A stretch of DNA of 64,000 bases, from NCBI RefSeq assembly GCF_963921235.1, contig NC_086101.1, positions 6,388,001 through 6,452,000 of the forward strand, in the 5' to 3' direction. A model generated the notes under the pieces. It saw only the letters and a list, made by a program, of their open reading frames with translations. It made no database searches and was not told the DNA's origin. Source of the DNA: Mobula hypostoma. Lineage: Eukaryota. Every line of letters starts with the position of its first letter. The first letter of the stretch is position 1. Shown here in pieces: positions 24,910-37,529 of this stretch. The translations under genes and the position numbers were made by a program.

Positions 24910-27369
24910 TTTTGGAAAGGTGCAAAAATAACAGGGTTGTTATCATGGGTGACTTTAACTTCCCTAATATTGATTGGCACCTGATTAGTTCCAAGGGTTT
25001 AGATGGGGCAGAGTTTGTTAAGTGTGTCCAGGACGGATTCCTGTCACAGTATGTGGACAGGCCGACCAGGGGGAATGCCATACTAGATCTAGTACTAGGT
25101 AATGAACCGGGTCAGGTCACAGATCTCTCAGTGGGTGAGCATCTGGGGGACAGTGACCACCGCTCCCTGGCCTTTATAATTAACATGGAAAAGGATAGAA
25201 TCAGAGAGGACAGGAAAGTTTTTAATTGGGGAAGGGCAAATTATGAGGCTATAAGGCTAGAACTTGCGGGTGTGAATTGGGATGATGTTTTTGCGGGGAA
25301 CTGTACTATAGACATGTGATCGATGTTTAGAGATCTCTTGCAGGATGTTAGGGATAAATTTGTCCCGGTGAGGAAGATACAGAATGGTAGGGTGAAGGAA
25401 CCATGGGTGACAAGTGAAGTGGAAAATCTAGTCAGGTGGAAGAAGGCAGCTTACATGAGGTTTAGGAAGCAAGGATCTGATGGATCTATTGAGGAATATA
25501 GGGAAGCAAGAAAGGAGCTTAAGAAGGGGCATGAGAAGGCCTTGGCGAGTAGGGTAAAGGAAAACCCCAAGGCATTCTTCAATTACGTGCAGAACAAAAG
25601 GATGACAGGAGTGAAGGTAGGACCGATTAGAGATAAAGGTGGGAAGATGTGCCTGGAGGCTGTGGAAGTGAGAGAGGTCCTCAATGAATACTTCTCTTCA
25701 GTATTCACCAATGAGAGGGAACTTGATGATGGTGAGGACTATATGAGTGAGGTTGATGTTCTGGAGCATGTTGATATTAAGGGAGAGGAGGTGTTGGAGT
25801 TGTTAAAATACATCCGGACGGATAAATCCCCAGGGTCTGACGGAATATTCCCCAGGCTGCTCCATGAGGCAAGGGAAGAGAATGCTGAGCCTCTGGCTAG
25901 GATCTCTATGTCCTTGTTGTCCACGGGAATGGTACCGGAGGATTGGAGGGAGGCAAATGTTGTCCCCTTGTTCAAAAAAGGTAGTAGGGATCGTCTGGGT
26001 AATTATAGACCAGTGAGGCTTATGTCTGTAGTGGGAAAACTGTTGGAAAAGATTCTTAGAGATAGGATCTCTGGGCATTTAGAGAATCATGGTCTAATCA
26101 GGGACAGTCAGCATGGCTTTGTGAAGGGCAGATCGTGTCGAACAAGCCTGATAGAGTTCTTTGAGGAGGTGACCAGGCATATAGATGAGGGTAGTGCAGT
26201 GGATGTGATCTATATGGATTTTAGTATGGCATTTGACAAGGTTCCACACGGTAGGCTTATTCAGAAAGTTAGAAGGCATGGGATCCAGGGAAGTTTGGCC
26301 AGGTGGATTCAGAATTGGCTTGCCTGCAGAAGGCACAGGGCCGTGGTGGAGGGAGTACATTCAGATTGGAGGGTTGTGACTAGTGGTGTCCCACAAGGAT
26401 CTGTTCTGGGACCTCTACTTTTCGTGATTTTTATTGACGACCTGGATGTCGGGGTAGAAGGGTAGGTTGGCAAGTTTGCAGACGACACAAAGGTTGGTGG
26501 TGTTGTAGATAGTGTAGAGGATTGCCAAAGATTGCAGAGAGACATTGATAGGTTGCAGAAGTGGGCTGAGAAGTGGCAGATGGAGTTCAACCCGGAGAAG
26601 TGTGAGGTAGTACACTTTGGAAGGACAAACTCCCAGGCAGAGTACAAAGTTAATAGCAAGATACTTGGTAGTGTGGAGGAGCAGAGGGATCTGGGGGTAC
26701 ATGTCCACAGATCCCTGAAAGTTGCCTCACAGGTAGATAGGGTAGTTAAGAAAGTTTATGGGATGTTAGCTTTCATAAGTCAAGGGATAGAGTTTAAGAG
26801 TCGCGATGTAATGATGCATCCCTATAAAACTCTGGTTAGGCCACACTTGGAGTACTGTGTCCAGTTCTGGTCACCTCACTATAGGAAGGATGTGGAAGCA
26901 TTGGAAAGGGTACAGAGGAGATTTACCAGGATGCTGCCTGGTTTAGAGAGTATGCATTATGATCAGAAATTATGAGAGCTAGGGCTTTACTCTTTGGAGA
27001 GGAGGAGGATGACAGGAGACATGATAGAGGTGTATTAGATAATAAGAGGAATAGATAGAGTGGATAGCCAACGCCTCTTCCCCAGGGCACCACTGCTCAA
27101 TACAAGAGGACGTGGCTTTAAGGTAAGGGGTGGGAAGTTCAAGGGGGATATTAGAGGAAGGTTTTTTACTCAGAGAGTGGTTGGTGTGTGGAATGCTGCC
27201 TGAGTCCATGGTGGAGGCAGATACACTCGTGAAGTTTAAGAGACTACTAGACAGGTATATGGAGGAATTTAAGGTGGGGGCTTATATGGGAGGCAGGGTT
27301 TGAGGGTCAGCATAACATTGTGGGCCGAAGGGCCCTGTAATGTGCTGTACTATTCTATGTTCTATGTTC
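24910..27369 (+). mobile_element. 5'-truncated CR1 LINE ORF2 with stops
   Basis: EN, RT and C-terminal motifs; (TTCTATG) tail; possible TSD TATACAGA (24902-24909, 27370-27377). Confidence 0.95.
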
Positions 27370-27904
27370 TATACAGAATGTGAGAACAGTGTACGCAGCA
27401 TTGATACAGACTTTATACACACAGAACAGAGACTGTGTGTAACATCGATGGACAGATATGCTCCATGATGTTTGGTCAAATTTTGCATCGCATATCATCG
27501 CTTATATGGGAGGGCATTATTTTCTGGTGGTAGGAAGAAAGTATGGGGCGATGTCAAGGGTAAGTCCTTTAAACAGAATGATATGTGTGTGCAATACCCT
27601 TCTGAGGGGTGGTACAGGCAGATACACCAGGGCCATTTAAGAAACTCGTAGATAGATGATAGAAAAATGGAGGGCTATGTAAGAGGGAAGGGTTACCTGA
27701 TCTTCGAGAAGATTAAAAGGGTTGACACAACCTTGTGGCCCAAAGAGCCTGCACTATGCTGTAACGTTGCATGCTCTGTGCTCTCTGTTCTGAACAGTAC
27801 GAGACTTCTGCAGTAACAGACACAGAACCTGCGCAGTACAAGGCTCACGTACTGTACGGTACACACACCACACACACAGCCAGAGTGAAAACCTCGCGCC
27901 TCAC

Positions 27905-28012
27905 CGTTCCAGTAGTTGCAGATGGAGAAACACTGCCCCAACTGTGTGTAGCAGAAGTGGTAAAGGTTGGTCTTCACGTACTTTGGGAAAAACCACTTCA
28001 GGTAATCAGTAT
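27905..28012 (-). CDS. PPT2: PPT2 coding exon 4
   Basis: ctggcag|[36 protein letters not shown]|gtgag; 108 nt. Confidence 0.96.
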
Positions 28013-28839
28013 CTGCCAGAGGGAAAGGAACTCGGTCATCACTTGATTGTACACAGACCATCGGTATGTCAGGACCTGTTCACGCTGCACAGGGCAAAAG
28101 TGTGAGCAAACATCCCGGCAGAACAATGTGGAATTCACCGCTTTGACAGGAAATCTTTCTTTGACACAAACCAGCAAGGATATCTTCAAACGGTGCTGCC
28201 CGAAGAAGGTAGCTCTGCTCAGAGTCGGGGTACAGGGGCCTCAATGTTTTAGAAACAGCCTTTTCCCTTCTGCCATCAGATCTCTGAACGGTCCATGAAC
28301 CCATGCTATTCTGCTCTCTTTGCACTACTTAGTTTTTATGTTGTTGAAACTCACAGTCATTTTTTAAATGGATTTCATTGCTCTGCTGTTGCAAAACAAC
28401 AAAATTCACAGCATACGTCAGTGATATTACTAAACCTGGTTACCACTCTCTGTTGGCACAATATTGACGACTGACCACGCTTCCCATCTGAGAGAAACCC
28501 CTGACACAGGAGATAGAGAGAAGCAAGTGCCCTCCTCAGGGATGGCAGCATGCCGTCCTGAGCGGGAGCTGGCGTGCCGGAAGGCGGGCACTCCACAGGG
28601 TGGCCCTCCCTCTGCCCCTTACATGGACAGGGGATGACGGCCCAGGTTGCGGAGAAGTCTCCAGGGTGGGATTTGAACCAGTGGCTTTCTGACTCGGATC
28701 GAGGGCCAGGCGGGCGTTATCAGTGGCGCCAGAGTTGCTCAGGTGATGCGGCGGTTGCTTCCTCCCTTCCCACGGTTCTCCTCGGCAACCTCCCTCCCTC
28801 CCTGTCGCAGAGAGTGAGGGGGAAGGGTCCGGAACTTAC

Positions 28840-28935
28840 CTCCGTACTGGCCGAGCAGAGGGGCTGACAGGGAGATCAGTGTGTGCACATTGTGGTCCGG
28901 CATGGTGGAGAGAATTCCCCGACAGATCAGGCCAC
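28840..28935 (-). CDS. PPT2: PPT2 coding exon 3
   Basis: cccgtag|(G)[31 protein letters not shown]|gtaagt; 96 nt, phase compatible. Confidence 0.96.
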
Positions 28936-29010
28936 CTACGGGAACAGAACAGAGGCACTGAGAGAGGCACGGGAACAGCAAGCAGGAGGAGGGGTACAAA
29001 TTGCAGCATC

Positions 29011-29495
29011 ATGTACAGCACAAATACTGTGGGCCGACTGGCCTGATCCCATGTACAGCACAGACACTGTGGGCCGATTGGCCTGATCCCATGTACAGCA
29101 CAGACACTGTGGGCCGACAGGCCTGATCCCGTGTACAGCACAGACACTGTGGACCGATTGGCCTGATCCCGTGTACAGCACAGACACTGTGGACCGATTG
29201 GCCTGATCCCGTGTACAGCACAGACACTGTGGGCCGATTGGCCTGATCCCATGTACAGCACAGACACTGTGCGCTGATTGGCCTGATCCCGTGTACAGCA
29301 CAGACACTGTGGGCCGACAGGTCTGATCCCGTGTACAGCACAGACACTGTGGACCGATTGGCCTGATCTTAAGTACAGCAGAGATACTGTGGGCCGATTG
29401 GCCTGATCCCATGTACAGCAGAGACACTGTGGGCCAGTTGGCCTGATTCCAGGTACAGTACAGGCACTCTGGGCTGATGGGCCTGATCCCATGTA
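29011..29495. repeat. 40-bp minisatellite, ~12 copies, next to the exon 3 acceptor
   Basis: GTACAGCACAGACACTGTGGGCCGATTGGCCTGATCCC(A/G)T. Confidence 0.96.
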
Positions 29496-29524
29496 TGGCA
29501 CGATGTAATGTAGTTCTTTGTTCT

Positions 29525-30395
29525 ACATTCTGGAACACCTCGTGACCAAGTGTCGTCCACTTTATCTGCCGCGGGAGTTTTCAGTCATCATCTTGGGAGT
29601 GGTATACATCCCACCTCACGCTCTGGACAAACTGAATAATGTAACCAGCGGGTTTGAAACAGCACATACTGATGCCTTCCCCATCAGTTTTGGGGAGTTT
29701 AACCAGGCCAGCTTGAAAAAGTCTCTAAATAATTATCACCAACAAATCACTTGTGGAACGAAAGGAGCCAACACACTGGACCACTGTTACACCACCATCA
29801 AGAGAGCTTACAGTGCCATCTCACGTCCACACTTTGGAAAGTGTGTAATTCTACTCCCTGAGACTGAAGACCGCAGCACCAGTGGTGAGGACCAAGAAGG
29901 TATGGACAAGGGAGGCAGGGGAGCACTTACAGAACTGCTTTGAGCTGGTGGACTGGACTGTACTCAGGGATTCATCTTCGATTCTGAATGAGTACGCCAC
30001 AGCTGTCACTGACTTCATTAAAACTTGTGTGGATGAGGGGGTGCCTAATCATACCGTACATACCCAAATCAAAAACTGTGGATGCACCAGGAGATTCATA
30101 CTCTGCTGAGGGCTAGATCGGTGACCTTCAAGCCTGGAGACCCAGGACTATAGAAAACAAGGTACGACTTACGGAAGGCTATCTCAAGGAAAAAGGGGCT
30201 GGAGGTGGAATTGGATACACTTCAACTCTGGCAGGGTCATTACCTCCTATCACGTGAAACCTAACATCATGAATGGCAGTGATGTTTCAATCCCAGACAA
30301 GCTCAACACCATTTCTGCTCACTTTTGAAAGGGAAAATAAAACTGCAGCCAGGAGGATCCCTGCAGCATCTGGTGACCCTGTCATCTCTATCTCG
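29525..30395 (+). mobile_element. Rex1/Babar-type LINE fragment (endonuclease region)
   Basis: KCRPLYLPREFSVIILGVVYIPP...GEFNQASLK...TLDHCYT. Confidence 0.8.
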
Positions 30396-30399
30396 CAGG

Positions 30400-32765
30400 C
30401 CATTCTAAAATCTGCCTGCTTATCTGCTCCTTGGTGTCCCGAGGGCTATTTGGGGGCCTATAGTAAACACAAAATAATCTGCAGATGCTGGGGTCAAAGC
30501 AACACTCACAACACGCTGGAGGAACTCAGCAGGTCGGGCAGCATCCGTGGAAAAGATCGGTCGACGTTTCCACGGATGCTGCCCGACCTGCTGAGTTCCT
30601 CCAGCGTGTTGTGAGTGTTGCTGGGGGCCTATAGACTACTGCCAGCACAGTGGGAGTATTTCTGAGTATTCCTTCCTACTTCTGACTTCCACACACACTG
30701 ACTCAGTGGACGCTCCCTCTGCAGCGTCCCCCCTTTCTATAGCCGTGATACTATCCCTGACCAGTTATGTTACCCCGCCCCCCGCCAGCGAATCCTGCCC
30801 TTCCTCCAACCAAGTTTCAGTAACGGCCACAACATGGTAGTTCCACGTACTGATCCATGCTCTATGTTCATCCTCTTTATTCTTAATAGTCCTAGCATTG
30901 AAATAGACACATTTCAACCCCTCTAACTGGCTACGTTTATGTTTTGTCCCCTGCCTGTCCTTCCTCACCAACTCAGAACATATAGCATCATGCCCTTGTC
31001 CTTCTACCCTAATCTCTGCACTCACATTCTGATTCCCACCCCACTGTCAAACTAGTTTAAACCCTCCCCAACAGCTCTAGCAAACCACCCCACCAGGATA
31101 TTGGTCCCTTTCCAGTTCAGGTGCAGCCCGTCCTTTTTGTACAGGTCAGACCTTCCCCAGAAGAGATCCCAATGATCCAGAAATCTGAACCCCTGCCCCC
31201 GCACCAACTCTTCAGCCACACATTCATCTGCCATAACTTCCTGTTCCTACCCTCTCTGTCTCGTGGCACGGGCAGCAATCCTGAGATTACCACCCTTGGG
31301 GTCCTGCTTTTTAACTTCTTTCCTAACTCCCTATTTTCCTTCTTCAGGACCTCATCCCTACTCCTATCTATGCCATTAACCTACCAAAATGAACCACCTC
31401 ACACTTATCTGGGTTGAACTCTATCTGTCATTTCTCAGCCCAGTTTTGCATCTGATTGATGTCCCGCTGTGACCTCTGACAGGTCTCCACACTATCCACA
31501 ACACTCCCAACCTTTGTGTCATCAGCAAATTTACTAACCCATCCCTCCACTTCCTCATCCAGGTCATTTATAAAAATCATGAAGAGAAGGGGTCCCAGAA
31601 CAGATCCCTGAAGCACACCACTGGTCACCAACCTCCATGCAGAATATGACCCGTCTACAACCAGTCTTTGCCTTCTGTGGGCAAGCCAGTTCTGGATCCA
31701 CAAAGCAATGTCCCATTGGATCCCATGCCTCCTTACTTTCTCAATAAGCCTTGCATGGGGCAACTTAAGAAATGCCTTGCTGAAATCCATATACATTACA
31801 TCTACTGCTCTACCTCCACCAATGTGTTTAGTCACATCTTCAAAAAATTCAATCAGGTTCGTGAGGCGTGGCCTGCCTTTGACAAAGCCATGCTGACTAT
31901 TCTTAATCATATTATGTCTCTGCAAATGTTCATAAATCCTGTCTCTCAGGATCTTTTCCATCTACTTACCAACCACTGAAGAAAGACTCACTGGTCCATA
32001 ATTTCCTGGGCTATCTCGACTCCCTTTCTTGAGTAATGGAACAACATCCGCAACCCTCCAATACTCTGGAACCTCTCCCGTCCTCATTGATGATGCAAAG
32101 TTCATCACCAGAGGCTCAGCAATCTCCTTCCTCGCCTCCCACAGTAGCCTGGGGTACATCTCATCCGGTCCCAGAGACTTATCCAACTTGACACTTTCCA
32201 TAAGCTCCAGCACATCCTTTCTTAATGTCTATATGCTCAAGCTTTTCAATCCGATGTAAGTCATCCCTACAGTTGCCAAGATTTCCGTAGTGAATACTGA
32301 AGCAAAGTATTCATTAAGAACCTCTGCTATTTCCTCCGGTTCCATACACACTTTTCCACTGTCACACTGGATTGGTCCTATTCTCTCATGTCTTATCCTC
32401 TTGCTCTTCACATACTTGTAGAATGCCTTGGGAGTTTCCTTAATCCTACTCACCAAGGCCTTCTCATGGCCCCTTCTGACTCTCCTGATTTCATTCTTAA
32501 GCTCCTTCCTGCTAGCCTTATAATCTTCTAGATCTCTGTAATTACCTATTTTTTTTAACCTTTCGTAAGCTCTTCTTTTCTTCTTGACTAGATTTTCAAC
32601 AGCCTTTGTACACCATGGTTCTTGTACCCTACCATCCTTTCCCTGTCTCATTGGAACGTACCTACGCAGAACGCCACACAAGTATCCCCTGAACATTTGC
32701 CACATTTGTGTCATACATTTCCCTGAGAACATCTGTTCCCAATTTATGCTTCCAAGTTGCTGCCT
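30400..32765 (-). mobile_element. Two CR1 fragments (ORF1/ORF2 junction ~30400-31375; RT ~31380-32765)
   Basis: DGLHLNWKGTNIL, YFNARTIKNK; DFSKAF, QGSVLGP, FADDTK. Confidence 0.9.
30464..30622. mobile_element. Penelope-derived inverted (hairpin) insertion
   Basis: Perfect 56-bp inverted arms; TSD TGGGGGCCTATAG (30451-30463, 30622-30634). Confidence 0.88.
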
Positions 32766-34119
32766 GATTTATGATCAAAGTATACAACCTTCAGATTTGT
32801 CTCCTTGCAGCTAGCCACAAAACACAGAAACCTCAAAAACAAAACCCATTAAAGACTATCAAACACCCAGTGCACAGAGAGAGATCAAAACAAATCGTGC
32901 AAACAATAAAAGTAATTTAAAAGCTTCAGAACTGAAGTTTTGCTGAAGACACGAAGCCAGGCGTCTCTGCAGCTGGAGCAGGCAACAGCCTTAGTTCATC
33001 GCAAAGCTGAGTAAACATTGCTTTACCACAGGTGCGAAGCCAGGCCTCACTGTAACCAGCGCCTCAGTTCAGCTCAGAGCTGAAAAAACATCACAGAGCA
33101 GAGAGCTCTGGTATACCAGGCCCTTGCCTCCGGTCCTGACACCATGATGCTTACAGTCTGGCCTGGCGCTTAAATCATCCAAACATCACGTCATTCCTCG
33201 CTCTCAATTGTGCCCCGTGCTTAAACCAATCAGATTCCGGGACTTTCCGCACTCTTGGAAACACCACGACTCTGCTCCGGCCCCACCTTGCCTTTGCACG
33301 CCTCGACCTGGCATCTCCACCACCGTTCACCTCGGCAGTGTTCATGTTGATCGTTATTAACAGAAGTGTTATTAATAGTTAATAAAGTATTTAATAGTTT
33401 TCTTAGTTTGCAGCCAATAAGTAGTCGCTGGGCATCACCAGGGCCATGCTAAACTGAAAAGTTAATTGCTCACACAGGTGTAATTGGGTGGTGTGGGCTC
33501 ATTGGCCAGAAAAGCCAATTACTATGCTGTATCTCTAAATACAGAATTGGAACTTCCGGAGCAAGGACAGGCAACCCGGGTTACATGCTCCTTCTCTTCT
33601 GCAAGGAGTGGCCTTGTCCAAGTGATTTCCTCTGATAGTAATCCCACACCGCTCCACTTCACCAATGAACTGTGCCTCAGGGGGATTGGATTGAATAATC
33701 CAGAGGCCCGACTTCACTCAAAACAAATGGCTCTGTCAGTAACGTACAAGGATCACTGATATCACTCCATCAGCCAAGGGGTTGGGGGCAAAGAGGAGTC
33801 ACTTCCCAGGAGCTCGACCAAACGTGTACCAGGGCAAGTTCCCAACTAGATTAGAATGAATTCTCCATGAAATCTAGTGAGGTGAGACTAGCAACAAGAT
33901 ACAAGTTACAAATCTACGGTCAAATTGTGGACTCCAAATGTAATTGACCAGGAAACTGGCCACTGACCTCCATTTGAATATGTCACAAAAGACTCAAAGT
34001 TCAAAAGTTCAAAGTAAATTTATTATCAAAGTAGATACTATATGTCACCATATACAACCCTGGGATCCACTTTCTAGCAGGCATACTCAATAAATCTAAT
34101 AACCATAATGAAAATTGAA

Positions 34120-34334
34120 GAAGAAGAAGAAAGCGCTTAACTCCGAGTGGAGTCATCGGGACACCGTCGTGACGGCGTTTTTTTAGCAGGATTTCTTAAT
34201 TTTTACGAGGCCGAGTTGCTAGCTCGACGCTCAACCCAGCACGGATAGAAAGCGTGCAAGGGAGCCGGCTGGATTCGAACTCAGGAGCCTTCGCTCCAAA
34301 GTCCGGTGTTGATGCCACTACGTCACCAGCCGGC
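34120..34334 (-). mobile_element. tRNA-derived SINE
   Basis: A box TGACGTAGTGG, B box GTTCGAATCC, (CTT)n tail; possible TSD ATTGAA. Confidence 0.8.
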
Positions 34335-34864
34335 ATTGAAAATTGGTTCCTGCAAATTTCTACAGATGTATGGTGGAGTTCACTCTGCCTTAATGCATCA
34401 CCATCTGGTATGGAAGTGCCAATGCAGAGGATTGGTACAAGGCTGTAGAGGACTTTAAACTCAGCCCGTTCATTGAAGACAGCTTCAAAAGTCTCAAGAA
34501 GTTGGCATCCACTATTAAGGACACCCAACTCCCAAAACAAGCTCCCTTCTCATTACTACCATCAGGGAGGAGGTACAGGAACATATTCAACACTTTAGGA
34601 AAAGCTTTTTCACCTCTCCGTCCTCAGATTTCTAAACAGTCCATAAACAGCACATCATAATTCATCTTCTGCGCTATACATTTATCTTTTTTGTAACTTA
34701 CATTTTTTAATGTAATGCACTGTACTGAGGCTACAAAACAATACATTTCAAACATATACAGTATGTCAGTGATAATAAACCTGATTCTGTCCTGTGAACC
34801 GAGTAATTAATATCTGCCTTAAATCTACTGTGGAATGTACAGTATTTTTAAAGTCCAATCCTAC

Positions 34865-35018
34865 CTTGGGAGTAACAGATCATATGTACCCCATTGGCTG
34901 CATTTTGCATGATGGGGGAGATAGCTTGTTTGAAGCCTTCCACCTGACTCCACAGCGACTTCAGGCTCTGCGTCCGGTCGAACAGGTCGATGATAGTCAC
35001 GTTGGTTCCAGGGTGCGA
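34865..35018 (-). CDS. PPT2: PPT2 coding exon 2 (catalytic Ser96 in CYSQG)
   Basis: ctccgcag|[51 protein letters not shown](G)|gtagg; 154 nt. Confidence 0.96.
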
Positions 35019-35294
35019 CTGCGGAGAGACAGCGACAAAAGTTCATCATCGTAGTCGTACGTGCCCAGAAGATAAAAATTATGACAACTAACTTCCCGCA
35101 GTGACCTTCAATGTGGATTCTCCATTGTCCCAGTCCTTCAAAATGTTGCAAATATCAGAATTTTACAGCAGAAATATCGTATGTATGTCGTAGAGCACCA
35201 CAGCACAACAGGCCCTTCAGCCCATCTAGTCCATTTGGACTACTCCCTAATGCATCTTTCTAATGACACAGAGTCATAGGGTACTACAGCACAG

Positions 35295-36029
35295 TGTTAC
35301 GTGTTAACATTTTTTTACTGCGAGCGTCACTTTAAGCGCCTGGACGAGGCGGGTGGCTGACATCATTAACAAAATGTGGAGAGGTTGCTGGAACATTCGG
35401 CAGAGAAGGAACAGCGGACTGGGAGCTACCAGCAGGAGAGAGCTGGGTGGAGATAATTGAAGAGTTTGCTTACAGCAGTGGACGGGTCTAATCCTTCTCC
35501 ATGTCCAGAGGATTGTGATAACTAGCAGCACACAGTGCAGACTTGGATTTCTGGAGTATTCCTGTGGCGACCACTTTTTGTTGACCCAGACCTGGATTTG
35601 GGTGTGTTAGGTGGCGACCACTTGTGTTAAGGAATATTCTGTGACTGTCACCCTGTGATATCCCTAGGTCGATTTTGGAATGCTACTCAACGTCTGGAAT
35701 CTGCTGTGACTGCTATCTTGTTTTCCCAGCGTGGATCCTCTGGAATTTTCCGTGATCGCCGTCTCGTGTTACCTTAGTCTGGATTTACAAGTTTCTTTCC
35801 CTCACCTGTTTCCGTGGATTTCTGGAATCATCTGGATTTTGCCATTTCTGAGACTGTATTTGAATAAGATTTAAGAAGAACTGTTCCCAAACCTGACACC
35901 GTTTGTGAGCTAATAATGCATAGCACTATTTTCTTTTGATTAATTGTCTGTATTTTGGGTAGATACTGAAAATATAGTTGTTTTACATTAAAAACTGAGT
36001 CTGTGGTCTATTGCTGCTGGTTCGTAACA
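35295..36029 (+). mobile_element. Solo LTR (Gypsy-like), 735 bp
   Basis: TGTTACG...CGTAACA termini; 4-bp TSD ACAG; ATTAAA at 35987; removing it restores a CR1 3' end. Confidence 0.85.
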
Positions 36030-37529
36030 ACAGAAACAGGCCCTTCAGCCCATCCTATCGATGCCAACTCGTTATCCTGCCTAGTCACATCTACCTGCTC
36101 CTGTAACATAGCCCTCCAAACCCAACCCATCCATCTTCCTATCCAAACTTCCCTTAAATGTTGCAACTGAATCCACATCAACCACTTCCGCCAGCAGCTT
36201 GTTCCAGACTCCAGCCACCCTCTGAGTGAAGTATTTTCCGTTCAGCTGTTATTTTAATTTTTGTTTTAATTTAGAGATACAGCACAGTATTTGGCCCTTC
36301 TAGCGCACTAAGCCCACACTGCCCACTTACATCCACGTCGCCTGCTAACCCGTACATTGTTAGAGCCTGTGAGGAAACTGGAGTACCCACAGGGTCACTC
36401 AGAGAATGTACTGACTCCTTAAAAGCAGAATTGAGCATAAAATATGTTTACATAGATTTTTAGTATAAGTTACAATACATTATTAAAAATGTCACCCTTC
36501 ACTTTACACCTATGACCTCCAGTTCTAGTCTCACCTAATCTGAGGGGCAGTAGCCTGTGTGCGTTCATCCTAGCTATACCAATCATAATTCTGTATACAT
36601 TTCAAAATACATTTATTATCAATGAACGTATAAATTATACAGGCAGACAATTATTCCTTTGAAATAATTCTGTAAACCTTTATCAGATCTCCCTTCATTC
36701 TCCTGCACACCAGGGAATAAAGTTACTTGCAGGCCTCTGAACAGCTGCCAAGATGTGGTCTGCAAATTACCACGGGAAATAGAAAATGCATGTCAAAAGG
36801 ACAATGTTACAATAGAGAATTTGTAGAATGCCTACGAGATGGCTTTTACAGCAGCTTGTGGTTGCGTCTATCAGGGGGTCAGCTATTCTGGATTTGGTGT
36901 TGTGTAATGAACTGGATTTGATTAAGGTAAAATAACCCTTAGGAGGCAGTGATCCTAATATGATGGAGTTCACCCTGCAATTTGAGAGGGAGAAGCTAAA
37001 GTCAAATGCATTAGTATTACTACAGTGGAGTAAAAGGAATTACCGAGGCTTGAGAGAGGAGCTGGCCAAAGTTGATTATAAGCGAACACTAGCAAGGATG
37101 ACAGCAAAACAGCAATGGCTGGAGTTTCTGGGAGCAATTCCGAAAGCGCAGGATACATACATCCCCAAGAGGAAGAAGTATTCTAAAGACAGGATAACAC
37201 AACCATGGCTAACAAGAAAAGTCAAAGCCAACATAAAAACAGAAGAGTGAGCATACAAAAGAGCAAAAATTAGTGGAAATTCAGAGGATTGGGAAGCCTT
37301 TAAAAACAACGGGAGGCAACTAAATAAAATCAGCTATAAGGAGGGAAAAGATGAAATATGAAGGTAAGCTAGCCAATAATATAAGAGAGGATACCAAAAG
37401 ATTTTTCAGATATATGCAAAGTAAAAGAGAGGTAAGAGTAGATGTTGGACCACTGGAGGTAGTAATTGGGGAACAGAGATGAGGAGGTCATGTGCACCTT
37501 GGATCTTTAGCCAGAAGGTGGTAAATCTG

